Source: Podarcis muralis
Lineage: Eukaryota
NCBI RefSeq assembly: GCF_964188315.1
Contig: NC_135655.1
Coordinates: 78,616,001 to 78,680,000 of the forward strand
Direction of reading: 5' to 3'
Length of the DNA stretch: 64,000 bases
Both the position numbers and the translations under genes were made by a program. Positions 35,924 to 49,383 of the stretch are shown in pieces; positions within the stretch are counted from its first letter, which is position 1; each line of letters opens with the position of its first letter. Below the pieces are notes generated by a model. The model was not told the origin of the DNA and searched no databases. It was given only the letters and a program-made list of their open reading frames with translations.

Positions 35924-37584
35924 ATGGAGAGGCAAGGTATGTTTAGAGTCAACACAGAGTATTTCCATAAAATCAATGGGACTCACTTTTGAATAAACAT
36001 GCAAAATCTTGTGTTTTGAATGAACATGCAAAATCTGTGATCCTTAGTTTAATTATTTGGAAGTAAATTTCTCCTTGAAACAATGGAACTTACTTCCAAA
36101 TGTTTATAGTTGGGTTTTAAAGCTATTTCGTATGCAGTTCTTACATTTCCAGTGAGTAGACTATTGCTGGCTAGGATATACCCTTAATTAAAAACCCCCC
36201 GGATATCTTCTGCTTTACTGAGTGCATGTAATAACACTCCCAAGTGGTGTGTTACAAGCAGGGTGGTGTTAACTGACTGGCACTGCTTCCTATCTTGCAA
36301 GACTGTCTCCACTTTCTCACCAGGACGAAGCTCATATCTGATCCTATCTCACAAAGAATCTAAAATCTAGTTTCTGAACTTCAGGGACAAACAGAGCGGA
36401 GGTGCTTCAAAACGTGAAGAGATCCCAGGGTGGCTTCAGGACAAGAGCAAAGAGAATATAACATGGCAGAATGTGACTCACCGTGGAAAATGAACAATAT
36501 CCATTCTGAAGACAAGAGACAACATATAGGTGCACATGTGTAGCACTGATACATAAAAGACACCATTGAAAAAATGAAAAAAATTCAGGAAAAAAGACTT
36601 GGAGAATGTATGTGGAAAGTGTGCAAGAGAAGAGGAGATATTATGGGGTGCCCTCTGACTCTTTGGGGCCTATTTGCATGCGGAGGCAGGCAGGAAATGA
36701 CTCAGGCCTGCCCCAATCAGGTTGTGCCATCCAGTCCTCATTATACAGAGACAAATTACTCAGCCGATTAGGGTACTCAAAGGAGGAAACAAAAGCCTTA
36801 GCCTGTGATAAATGACTCCTTGTCAAACTCCTAGTCTGGCAGAATTAATTCTCAGCCAGCTGCAACTAGTGAAGAGTAGAGGAAGCATAAACCACCTCTG
36901 AGGCTTGAGATCAGCAGGGTATCTCTCACCTCTTCCCCAGACCCTCCCTGTGGGCAGCCCACACCAGCTTAAGAATGGAAGCACATTAATACTTATCTGT
37001 ATTCCGGGCACTTTACAACTGGCTCTGACTAGCCAGCCATTCATCTCCATCCCAAACATGAGAATGGTCCCTAAACTACTAAAAAATCTGGGTGTGGGTG
37101 TACATAGAGATGTTCGGCTTATCATGCAGTCAGAGGCTAAAGGTAGCAGGATATCCATATGAACAGAATCGCAGCACAGAAAATTTCAATATAGCCAGGA
37201 CATAGTAGTGGCTACTTGATCTCACTAAATTTTGAGCTTTGTGGGCTTGGGTGGTAAGCCCATGCAAAGATGCAATTTCTTCTGTCCCTCCATTGAAGGG
37301 CTCCAAAGAGCCTTCTCTCACTATCCCAGAAAGGCTGAGCACGTCCAAAAGTCAGCAATGTTTCCTGGTAGACCTGCAGTTACAACAATCTGGTGGCTGT
37401 TGGACCATACTTACCTGCTAAGCCTGGAATAGATCTCTGTCGAAGCCTTCCTACCTTCCTGTTAGCCTTGAGCATATATTGTAAAAGAGCTGGTGATCTG
37501 TATTACTAACATGGGAAGGTGGGGTGTGCAGGGTGGTGGTCTGCTGCTCACAAAAAACGTGGAAGAACTCTGAGGTGAGGAGTG

Positions 37585-37735
37585 CTAGCTCCAAGGTGGA
37601 AGCATACACACTGCATACAGGAGGCCATGGGTTCAATCTCTGAAATTTCTAGGTAAATCTGGGAAAGACTCCTGTTTGAAACCCTGGAGAACCAGATGGA
37701 CCAATGGTCTGCCCTAGTGTATGGCAGTTTTCTGC
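37585..37735 (+). mobile_element. tRNA-derived SINE (Squam3-like)
   Basis: B-box-like gggttcaatctc, then ctgggaaagactcctgtttgaaaccctggagaa...agatggaccaatggtctgccctagtgtatggcag. Confidence 0.7.
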
Positions 37736-40392
37736 ATTCCACATAAAAGCAGCTGTTTCTGAGGATGAACTGCACAAGAATGTTATTATCTTAGCATGAG
37801 CCAGAGACTGGAATGATCAAGGGCCTGCCAGAACCAAGATTCTCAGTGGCTGCCACCCAATTTATGCCAACATGTGGCATGACGTTGATCAAGCATCTTA
37901 CTCCGTTTCCCCCAGACTTGACATCAGAATAACAGAGACAATGCCACACTCCCCACTTTGTGAAGGTGATGAGCTCACCCTGAGATAGTTGCCATATGCT
38001 GGTGGAGTAGCGGTATTTCCATGCCCTTTGCCACAAGCTCAAGGTCTCTTGATACACGACACATCCCTGCAGTTATCTGGAAGCAAAATGGCTCCTATAG
38101 TCTCTGCTTCTCAGCATGGCTCTTGGCTACACGCCGTGAGCCTTCTCCCAAATATTGCTCTGTGTCCTCCCTCTCTGCCTCAAGTGTGTGATCAAACCTC
38201 TAAGAGAGAAATCTTCACACACGCAGGCAGCAGAGATTATTATAGCATCATCCAGCCAGGACAAGGAACAAAAAGCCTTTGATGGCAGCCACATCTAATA
38301 CTATTATTTCTGAGCCGACTTCCACTTAGTTCAGACATCTCTCCAGAAGCAAGCAAGGGACTGCCTGCCTCTTATGTGCAGGCCAAATACATGCTGCCTG
38401 GGAACTGATATGACAAAAGGTCTTGGGTAGGGATGGGGATTAATATGGAAATGCCCCATTTTGCAATTTCCACTTTGGCACTGAGACAGGCCGAGTTCCA
38501 GGGCAACAATACCCTTTGCCTTTAATAAAACAGCATTCTGAATACCATCACAGGTCTGAGGACAAACATGCATGGCAGTTACGCACATGCTCCTGAATAT
38601 TTATACATTTGGGGGAAATGAAAAAGGGCAGGAAGAAAAAGTGATCTGGTATGAAAGATGGGCTATGAGGAAACGGGCCCCTCAAGTTGCCCCTCTTGAG
38701 TGCTGAGGCTGTGGCTGACTGTGACACAAATGCCATTCACACCCAGCTGCAGTTGGCACACTGTGGCTCATGGACCCTTGCGCAGGAGCCCACCAAGACG
38801 ACATAGTCACTGGGATCCCTCAAAGTAATATAGATCTAGGTCTCGATGGCTCAAAACAATATCAGAATTCATGATTACTGAGATCTCTTGCCACAGCTTC
38901 TCCCCAGAAGCTCAGAGGAAATGCTGAGGAGAATTAGTGCCTAATGTTTTTATTATACACAAACATGCCAGTCAGACACTTGAGGCTCCAGTTAGTCATA
39001 GATCTTCACTTAGCAAAGCTGAGCAGGCCCATTACTTCATAATATACACACCAAAGCCCTACACAACTCATGCTAGTCCAACTTACCTGGGTCTATTTGC
39101 AAGGGTGGTCCGATCCATTATTCTGCCCGCGGTGAGGTGGTGCAGTTAAGTGTCCCCTCCCACACACAAACCAAGGTTATTTTGCCAAGTTATTCTGGTA
39201 CCTGAGGCAAAGAATCACACAAGCACCCGTCCCACACACACAACACAAAAATAAAGTAATTTTTAAAGAGTTAGGTTTGCTGCTCTTTCATGCAACGGTT
39301 CATCAATATTAGAGTGTGTCCAGGGCACACTCAAACCCAGAGCTGGCACTAGCTACTTGGCTCCTCCAGCATAATCCAGGACTTTTCACACAACCTTAGT
39401 GGCACAAGGAGGAGAGCAATGCTATTGCAGTTCCTGCCGCACAGCTGAGATAACGTAAAAATTAGAGCAAGTTGTAGCCCACCTCGACTCCACACAAGTA
39501 GGAAGAGAATAAAAGGTGGGTGGATATACCCTCTGCTTGGAATTAGCAATAGCACTGCCGTCTGATTGTGACATCTGGAGATCTGCCATAATGAAGCCAA
39601 CTGTGTTACAGACATTCATTCTAGCTTTAAAAAACAAACAGGAGAGCAGGATAGTTCGATATTTTGCTCACTTTCACCATCTCCCCCTTTCAGCTTTGCG
39701 TTTAAAACAGATTTGCTCAGTAACCATTGGGCTCTGAAGAGTGGCTTATTGATTGGCTGGGTGATAATTGATAGCAGCTTGTAAAGGGCCCTAGTAACCC
39801 ATCCCTTCCATTCAGCGCTTCCTCTGCCCACTCACACAGCAGTTGTCTAATCACATCAACATCCTTTGTGGAATTCCACTTTGTTGTGTCACTAGCAGCA
39901 TCGCTGCTTTCTTTAGTGGGTGGGTATTCAAGAGATGCATCAGCCACTCTGGGCACAGGGAGGGGGCTCAGTTTCAGAAACTTCATTCTATGGATTTTTC
40001 TGTGCCAATAGAACTCTAAGCAGTTTGTTATAAAACTTATACGTCAAGTAAATATTGATAACCCTACTTTATGAATGCGGAGAAACACAGCTTGCTCACA
40101 GAGATTCACTGCAAGGTCACACACCGAACACCTGCTATTAATAATATGTTTTACTGTGAGCCACTGGGGGTTTTTACAAACAAAAAATGGACATAGATTT
40201 CTAAAATAAAAAGGCTTCCTATTTTGCTGGTTAACTGCAAGCTGAGCAACTTGTTTGTTGCTAGAAGTTTTGGCCAACACATATTCATGTTATTTGCAGT
40301 CATGAGGACTACGATGCCACGGTATTGACAGAATGTGGTTGGTGATGACTATTAGCATGGAGTCCCCTCCCATCAGATGTCAAGGAAATAAG

Positions 40393-40572
40393 CAACTATC
40401 TGACTTTTAGAAGACATCTGAAGGCAGCCCTGTTTAGGGAAGTTTTTAATGTTTGAAGTTTTATTCTGTTTTTAGTGTTCTGTTGGGAGCCGCCCAGAGT
40501 AGCTGGGGAAACCCAGCCAGATGGGCAGGGTATAAATAATAAAATTATTGATGATGATGATGATGATGATGA
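40393..40572 (+). mobile_element. L2 3' end fragment with (GAT)n tail
   Basis: agaagacatctgaaggcagccctgtttaggg matches the end of the L2 ORF; hairpin with GAAA loop at 40508-40511. Confidence 0.9.
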
Positions 40573-43500
40573 AATTCAACAAGGTGAATTCAACACAACT
40601 GCAGTTGACAGGAGTTAAGGTGAAGTAAGAATGTGACATTTCCTCACGAATCCAGCAATCAGCTCTACCGAGCCAAAGAAAAGAAGCTGTAATAACATTA
40701 ATCATTTGGTAACAAAAAGATAGCGGAATGTGGTCAAAAGTGAGCTGCCTTCATTGAATGGACACAGTAAGCGCTTGCAGCCTCCCGAGCCCCACCTACC
40801 CTACAAGCTCCTTGGGCAATTCCCCCCCAAAACCTCCACTTACTGAAAGAGATTGGCACATGCAGGGCGGCAAAATGCCCTCCTGGGTCTCCCTTCTTTT
40901 TTAAAGGATTATATTAATTGAATTCTGGGTTTGTCTCTCACAATAGAGATGGATTAGTCTGCAGCTCACCTTTATGTAATAAATAAGGAAAGAGGGAAAT
41001 ACACACATTATTTCACTGTGCTGCTTGTGGAGTAGGCTGAAGTAATTCCTAAGCCTCTCTCTGGGAAATAATAAAAATGAAACAGTAAAAGCTTATTAAC
41101 AGCCAAGATTAGTATGTGGGTCTGTGGGGCTTCTTGTGGCAAAACCAGTTCTGTTTCCTCAGAAGGGCTTAAAGAGGCAAGAGGCTTCCTTCGGTTCAGT
41201 CTCCAAGCAGTTGTAGGCCCTTTCTCCAACAGATTTCCCCTCAGCAGAAAGGAAGCTTTGCAGGTAGCTTTTTCTCTCAATAAAACTATTCTGTGCAAGG
41301 CTATCAATGAGGTCAGACAAGTGGATGTTCCACATACGACAGAAACAGTGAAGCTTTTCTCCATTTTAGAATGATTCTGTTTAACAGACCTGTCCCAGAT
41401 GCATGCAAACATTGCTAGGAAAATAGTCAAGGAAACACACACTGTGGAGCACCTGCAATCGCAAAGCAAGCATTGCCACTCACCAAAGAGACTGTGGCAT
41501 TCTGAGTCACTTTGAGGTAGGAGGGAAGCTCATATACCCAAACACTGATGTGTGTACACATTCAAAAGCTGGGTGGTTGCCATTTGCTTCAGCAGGTAAC
41601 AGCTCTTATGGCAACTGGCTCTGCTCATGTGGGTATGATTTTGGCAGGATGAAGCTAAACAGTTGCATTAGTACAAGGATGAGCCCTAGCACAACAGGGT
41701 GTCTCCCTTTCTTCTCCCCGCACCATGTGTGCCCAGTGCCATCTCCAGATCTGCTCCAGAAGGTTGGGGAAATGGCCACAGGTTTAGGGGGGCACAGAAG
41801 GGGGGGGGAGCGGAGAATGTTTGGTCATACAAGGAGAAATCCTTGCACTGATAGAACGTTCTCTTTAGTGCTATTGTGGATACAGCTCAATATCTCTCTG
41901 GCTGCTCCTACACCATACATTTAGAGCACCTTTCCCTTCCTCAACAAGTATGCAGTATGTTGTATGCAGGGCATCTGGTATTCAAACAAGGTGGGACTGG
42001 AATTAGTATGTATTTTTTTAATACTTGCAGGGTAATCTTACTCAGAGCAAGTGCCACTGTGCTCAGTAAGGTCTGACCCCCTAGAAAGTATGTCTAGAAC
42101 TGCAGCCTTAATGTGTCAGGTTCTTTACAAATCTCATCTCATTGATAAAACTGGCTGGACAGAATTTTCTTTTTAAAATTAAACAGTGTTCTTCTTATTT
42201 AAAAATTTAAAAAACAAACAAAATTATTGCTTTTTTTAGTCTAACATGAGCACACTACTGCCCTCTGGTGGTTAGATTCAGCCCAATTCAAATGTTTGCA
42301 GTTCATTTTTCTGCAACTAGAGCACATCTCATATGATCTTGTCAACCATCTTTCCCCATACCTAGTGCTTTCCAGAAGTTTTTGACTACAATTCCCATCA
42401 GCCCCAACTACCATGGCCATGCTGGCTATGACTGATGGGAGCTATAGTACAAAACATTACCATGTTGGGGAAGGTCTGTTTAGAATTAACTGTAGTACAA
42501 AAATCTCAAAAGGACTATATGTAAAACCCTGGTTAACTTGGTATCTATCAAAATAAGATAAAAATAGACCTGGAAGTCTGCAGAATTTAGTTTTCTGAGA
42601 CATTATTGAGACTAAACTCAAAATGACATAGGTCAGGTAATTTTCATGCTAATATCAATATTTCTATTTGTTAAAGCTGTATTCTATTCTCCTGCCAAGG
42701 AACTCACAGCCAGCATACAAGAGGTTGCCAGGCAAGGCATTCTGAATCAATGCATCATTAATGTTGCAAGGAGCGGTTCTAATCCTGACTGTGTCTCTCA
42801 ATTGTGAGCCGTATCCTCAGGGTGTATGTTCTAGCAAGTTTCTAGCAATAGCCTATCCTTATTCCTTACACCACAGGTGAATACCAATGAGCCCTTCCTG
42901 CTAGGAGAAATGCTTTGTGACTGAAATTAGCCATGGGCCTGCCCTTGATGTTGAAACCTTTTGAACTCTCAGCAAGAAGCCACTGATGGATAAGGTCACA
43001 GGCTGGGACTGACACCTTGTCTTTGACCTCTGCTCCTCCTGAGCTTTCGGTGCCCCTGATTTCAGTGGCCTGCTGGCAGAAGAAATACAGAGGCCTAGAT
43101 AGAAGGTGTCTTTGACATTATATCAAGGCAGAAGTAGGTCCAGCTTAAAAGCATGTCGTTCGATAAGCAGAAATGTTAAGAGAAGCAGAAATGGTTCTTT
43201 TGTTGAAGGCCCTGTCATTTTTGAGCAGTGTGCAGAAATAAACCCTCCAGGGGACAAAGTAGCCCCATTTTTGGATGCAAAAGTTTCTATTGATTTTTAT
43301 TTCAGAGACACTCTGTACATTAGATGACTTTAGAAATGCTCTGGAGTGGAAGGAGCACAATCGTAGATTCCCACACACGGCTACCTCCAAGCAAAATAAG
43401 CTTTATGAACTCCTACGTCGGCTTTCAGCAGACACTGCCAGGATGCCATTTGTACCATTAACAGACTAATCCAGTTGTGTCAAGGAAGCCCTTATTGCCC

Positions 43501-44155
43501 CTGTTGTTCCAGTGGAAAGTGGGCTACAATGCTGCCATGGAGCAAATGAACACACAGAGAGAAAACCATGCTGGAACCACTCATGCCTTCCCTTTAACCC
43601 ACATACCAAGCTTACAGCTGCAGGTTATATCAGTTAATAAAAATAACTGACTTCTTGCCCTTGCTCACTGGGTGTGGGCTGTAGGACCATCAACTGTTTA
43701 AGCTGGATGCTGCAAGGGTGTCTCTTAGAGCTATGAAGAAGGCCAACTGGAGCAAATGTTTGAAAGCAACAGCAGCTCTCTCCAGTCCACCTCATAGTCT
43801 GTGATGGGGACAAGGACTTGAGCCATTGGCCTATGGAGTGCATTTCATTATAGACCACACAGGCAAAGAACAAAGTGTGAAGCCTGGGTGAATTGTCTGG
43901 CACTTCCCAGAGGCCAGAGAAGTTCCAGGAATCAAACTATCAGTGCGTACCTTCTCTTTTCCTGCCTTATAGAATGCCTATGAAACCCATTTGCTATTGG
44001 CACAAGAGAAAAGATCTAAAGTGTCTTTTTTTAGGACAATAGGGTGGGGGTGGCAGAGTAGTGCCATCATGGATTCAGCACTGGTGTAACTCGGTATCCT
44101 GTTTCCATGAAACAAAGCAGGGGGAAGGTAGCCCTTGTGCAAAGAAGACCACCAG

Positions 44156-44157
<2 letters not shown>

Positions 44158-44197
<40 letters not shown>
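44158..44197. repeat. (GT)n microsatellite
   Basis: Direct reading. Confidence 0.95.
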
Positions 44198-44199
<2 letters not shown>

Positions 44200-44468
44200 A
44201 ACAGGATAAGCTGCTATTGTCTTTTAAAAATGGAAATGAATTGCAGGGATGTGGTTCTGCTGATGTTTGCTTGGGTTTCTCTTCTGACCGGGAATCCTTG
44301 TGAGAATAAACACACACACACACACCATCAAAGTTGTGGTGGTGTGTGTGTGACTCATCAGATCTGAAAATAGGTGCCCATAGTATTTGCATAATCACTG
44401 TACAGATGTCACATGCTTATGAGCTAGCTGAACCCATCAGGTATGGAAATACTAGCTGGAGACAGAGG

Positions 44469-44469
44469 C

Positions 44470-44505
<36 letters not shown>
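44469..44505. repeat. (GA)n microsatellite, interrupted
   Basis: Direct reading. Confidence 0.9.
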
Positions 44506-44507
<2 letters not shown>

Positions 44508-46568
44508 CCTTGCACTGTTCCAAAGACAATATACTGCAGCGTCCACATAACAGATGGACAAGCTGAGAAGGAAGTGGGGGGAACTTTGGATCTCTGGCAA
44601 CAAATGAGTAACAACTGTGTATTTATCACTCAGTATCTGGAAAGTCGAGGCCAGAATGGACGAGCTCTACAAGAGAAGGCTGAGCTGGGCCAAGCAAACC
44701 TGTTAATGCCAACCTGATGTCCTCCAAATGGTTGGGACTATGGCTTCATCAGTCCAGCCAGCAGTGTTGTGCTAGGTAAGACTGCTGGGAATTGTAGTTC
44801 AAAACCTCTGGAGGGTGCCAGGTCAGGGAAGGCTGCACTATGTTCCAAGACAGAAAACCTCAGCATTCAAGAGCAAGCGGCAGCTGCTCCCCTTGCCTTT
44901 GCACCTCCCTCTTAAACAAACAAAACCGGATTCCCACAAAACCTGAGAATTTACTTGGATCAGAGTAGCCTAGCTCTGAATAGCTTCCTCTATATATTCG
45001 GGAAGTGGGGAAAGTTCACTCTGCTTCAAGAAGCAAACCTTGAAATTTATTCCATGGGTCCAAAACAAATACAACGTCAAAGAGAGAGAGAGAGAGATGG
45101 AAACTTTTACCCTACCATTACAAAATTCTGTGAAGCATTACTTTGCAGGGGCCTTTGTGAGAAACAAATTTATAATAGCTGTGGCACGGAGACAGTGCCT
45201 GGACTGGCCATAGCTCCTTCAATAGAGTGCTCTCTTTCTCCCACCCCCAACCCCCAAATTTCTCTTGGCAGCTGTAAGAGAAGAACCTTTTGGTCTTTTC
45301 TGCTGAAGAACACAGAGGCCCTTTAATCTGCCACCGCTTCAGGCACACTAAGAAGAAAAGGGGGGGGGGAGTGTGTGTGTATGTGTGCGTGTGAAAAAAG
45401 TCAATTTATTCAGCTTGTTCTATCAAATCTGTGCTATCTTCCACATTTTGAGACCCAGCTGCAAACTGCGCACCAATTAGATTGTGAGAAATAGGGTTTT
45501 TGAACTGCTAGCCTGAGGTTGCTGCGTCTGGTCCCTTGGTGAGGGGTCAGGATTGGCCCTGTGGGATTGGTACCACAGAAAGCTATGCATGTGTGCAGCC
45601 ATCTCCCCCCCTCCCCCCAATGCTAGTGGGAGGAGCTGTTGAAATATGCCATGTCTGGAAGAGGGAAACAAGACACCCCTCCTTTCAAGAAGCACAAATG
45701 CGGCTCCCAGTGGCAAGTCCACCCTCCTCCCCACATCTTCAAATTCAGCAGCTTGAGACAAACTTCGTACATAGTTAACAGCTAAGATGCCAAAGCCGCG
45801 GAAGAAATTCTTCCTTTTTAAAACAATCACAGCGCTATTATGTTGTCTCCCTAATAATGCCTTCAGAGGGCATTGTGTTCCTTTCCTCTGGGGCTTTAAT
45901 TAGCTCACTTCGACAAAGTTGGCTAATTATTTCTTTAACACTGTGCATCCTAATGGGCTCCCTTTTGTTTACAGCATTTATTATCAGCCACTGCCTTGGT
46001 TCTCCCCAGCCTCATTTCTCCATGTGGCTGCCTTGGAACAGCTTTTCTTACTCTCGTTGGGATTCAGATATATTCATTACTTCAAACTTCTGAACAAAAA
46101 ACTAGCCCTCTGTAGCCAGGCATCAGGGCTGTGCAAATGACTGCGTGCAGTTCACTCTACCTGTGGGTGAAAGATAGGCACAGTAATTTTGGAGCAATCC
46201 CTCACCCACAGTATGAGTGCAGCTATATAAGTGGTGGTGTAAATAATTTCTACAGTGGAGTGAAATACTGAGATCTGTATTGCAGACCAGTGCTATCTAA
46301 CCTACATGATCTGGAGTCAGCAATAAAGCAGCTAAGTCTGTGAATATCACCAAAGTATTTGGGGTGGCAAAAACCCAAGCAGGCAGCAAAGGGTTTCACA
46401 AGGGCCTCTCCAAGTTTGGCGAATTGGAAACAAAATTGTGAATGAGGCTTGGTGTAAGCAGTGAGATGCACACTGGGGCAAAAAAAATCCTAACTGATGG
46501 GGCCTGAAGTAACCTGAAATAGCAGTGACTATGACTCCCTCCCAGAGAAGGGAGAGAGAGGGTCGTCT

Positions 46569-46648
46569 TTGTTCGTCTCCCTCCATAGACAGACCCATCT
46601 GACCCCCATTGTTCGTCTCCCTCCATAGACAGACCCATCTGGCCCCAT
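46569..46648. repeat. Two-copy 40-bp tandem duplication
   Basis: ttgttcgtctccctccatagacagacccatctg occurs at 46569 and 46609. Confidence 0.9.
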
Positions 46649-47109
46649 CTTTAATGGCCTTCCACTACAATACAAATGCTTTTCTTTTCCTGGTAAGCAT
46701 TCGATCTGTTGATTTGTCCTGACTTTTTAATCTCGATTAGGTTTATCAGCTGTTTTGTCTTTGTTATTTTGTTGTGTGGTTATTTTGCCTGTTGTTCTAA
46801 CTGTATTATGTTAAAAGCCAGGGCTAGCCTCAACACTCAGCACCCTCAGTCAGGTAGGGGTGCCATCTTGAATAAAATATTGGGGGTGCCCAGGTAAGCC
46901 CTGCTCTGCATAACTGATCATAAGCACATACACCATTTGAATGGCAATGTCCATCAACATTAGCGGGCCCCTCAAATATTTTACTGGCGGTGTAAAGGGA
47001 CCTCAGCCCCTAGGAGTTGGCTCCTATGCCCTCAGGCAAGTGCCAAGACTAAGCTCCCCAGAGGGCCCACTGTGACTGGTGCCTGCACCTGATTATTTTG
47101 ATGTATTTG

Positions 47110-47692
47110 AATAAAAATAATAAATTTTTATTTATACCCCGCCTTCCCCGGCCAGGGCCAGGCTCAGGGAGGCTAACACCGAGTATAAATTACAACAAAA
47201 CGTAATGGGGGGGGGGGGTTGAGTTAATTAAAATACAGCTTAAAATACAGCTTAAAATGCAGCCTCATTTTAGTAGTAGCCCATAAATCAAGACCATAAA
47301 GGGAGGAAGCATTAGATATTCACCCGAGCCAGCTATCCATGCTGGTCCTACATGGGCCAGCAAAAAAGCCAAGGGAAAATTTGCCGTATATAGCAAATCC
47401 CATATAAGGGGTCAGAGTGAGTCCAAGCCGGAGGCCAGGCAGAACAGCTCCATCTTGCAGGCATTGTGGAAAAGATGTCAAATCCCGCAGGGCCCTGGTC
47501 TCTTGTGACAGAGCCAGTGCTGAAAAGGCCCTGGCCCTAGTTGAAACCAATCTAACCTCCTTGAGGTTCGGGGCCTCCAAAGTGTTGTTATTTATGGACC
47601 TTAAGTTCCTTCTCGGGGCATACCAGGAGAGGCGGTCCTGTAGGTATGAGGGTCCTAGGCCACATAGGGCTTTAAAGGTCAAAACCAGCACC
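47110..47692 (-). mobile_element. Short 5'-truncated L2 (same subfamily as 23.1-24.6 kb), decayed
   Basis: VLVLTFKALCGLGPSYLQDRLSWYAPRRNLRS...TRARAFSALA is nearly collinear with the 24-kb copy, with a deletion and a frameshift; 3' hairpin and A/T tail present. Confidence 0.9.
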
Positions 47693-48064
47693 ATGAGGAT
47701 TATTGCACCCCCCACCCAACACTCAGACCACAACATTTGGTTATTAAGAAAGTGCAGTTATCCCCCTGCTTTCCCCCACATTATTTCTCCACAAAACATT
47801 AGTGGCCTCACAAATGTATCCTCCTTGCGTGGAACATTTAAAAATAACATGTTTTCTCTCTCTTGAAATCTATTGCAAATGTGTAATATGATCCCCTTCT
47901 CATGGTTGATGTCAAAATGTCTTATTGGGGGGGGGGGGAATCTTACAAGTGTATACATTTCTATCACTATTGTTTAAGTACTTTCTATTTATAAAGACTG
48001 AAAATACAATAAATAGAATGATGATAATAAAAAAATGTATAAAAGAAAGCAAGAAAGGCTACAA

Positions 48065-48315
48065 CAGGGGTCAGCAACTATTTTCAGCCATGGGCCGGTC
48101 CACCGTCCCTCAGACCATGTGGTGGGCCGGACTTTTTTTGGGGGGGGAGAACTGAACAAATTCCTATGCCCCACAAATAACCCAGAGATGCATTTTAAAT
48201 AAAAGCACACATTCTACTCATGTAAAAACATGCTGATTCCTGGCCAGTCCATGGACCGGATTGAGAAGGCGATTGGGTCACATCCGGCCCACAGGCCTTA
48301 GGTTGCCTAACCCTG
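48065..48315. mobile_element. Non-autonomous hAT element (251 bp)
   Basis: Ends caggggtcagcaac / gttgcctaaccctg; 8-bp TSD ggctacaa (48057-48064 / 48316-48323). Confidence 0.88.
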
Positions 48316-48793
48316 GGCTACAACAACTGTAGCGAGCACCAAAAGGTGGGATCCAGAAAAACCAAAACACTACTAGTATCTCCAGATCAGCATTTAGGAA
48401 CCTTCTTTCTCATTTGCTTTGTATGCTACAAAAGCACTGGTGCCAGTAAAAATTTTTTTTTAAAAAAATGTGATAGTAGTTTTGAAAATGTTCCAGTTCA
48501 CAGTGCTGTATAAGAGACTCTTAACTCCTGAGCACAGAGGAATGTGAGAGACTGAAAGCATAAAGAATTGTTACTAAACAATGAAAAGAACAATTCATGG
48601 ATTATTTCTCTTCCACTTATTAGCTACTTGCTATACTTTCAACAGGCCAGTTCCTAACCTTTTAGCAGAAAAACAAACGTCTGTCCTTCATTTTGCTTTT
48701 TGACATTTGGGTGAAGCAGCCATGCTTAGGGAACTGGAGTCCAGCTAGCTTCCCCTTGGCTTGCAGGTCTAGATCAATCTTTGGCCAAGGAAA

Positions 48794-49383
48794 TGTCATG
48801 GACTAGCTGGATGTAGAGGAGTGGTGGGAGGCACCAGCTAGCGAACCCCAAGGTAAGAAGGCTCAGAGCCAGGAGGTGGGACGATGATGAGTGGTCAGAC
48901 GGAGAAGATAGAGCAGACTGGGAGAAGGCGGTGTCAGAAACTGAAGAGGCAACAGGGTTTAGTGAGCAGGAAGATCTATGGCAGAGAGCAGTCCAGAAAC
49001 AGATACAGAAGCAGAGGCTGGAGAGGAGGGAGGCCGAGATGAGACATGCTGCTGAAGAAGCCAAGGAGTCTCCCCCTCCTGGTGTGACCAACTCCCCTCC
49101 CCACTGTTCTCCCAGAACCCACAGAGGTATGAAGAGGGTGGAGCAAAGACAGACAACAGGGAGCCTCAGATTGCTTGTGAATGACCATGTGGGGTGGAGA
49201 CAGAGAGCTGTGGGAAGGCTCATTCCTTGCAACCTTCATTCCTTGCAAGTGCCTCATGGGGGCAAGATCTACTGGGAAGAGTTGCTGTGCTCACTAGGCC
49301 TAAACTGTTTTGTTTCTTTGAATAAAGAGTTCACTGATGCCTTGTGAGTTATTGCTGACCAGCGCCCATCACCTGTCCTGACA
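48794..49383 (+). mobile_element. Solo LTR (590 bp)
   Basis: TGTCA...TGACA termini; 5-bp TSD ggaaa (48789-48793 / 49384-49388); AATAAA at 49321-49326; no internal domain or second LTR. Confidence 0.88.

Noticed and set aside
39717-39986. 89-aa minus-strand ORF as an extra B4GALNT4 exon
   Set aside because: No convincing acceptor/donor pair, no similarity to the family, and exons 2 and 3 already join in frame.
48931-49347. 138-aa acidic/charged ORF as a protein-coding gene
   Set aside because: Lies entirely within the solo LTR; purine-rich composition explains the lack of stops.
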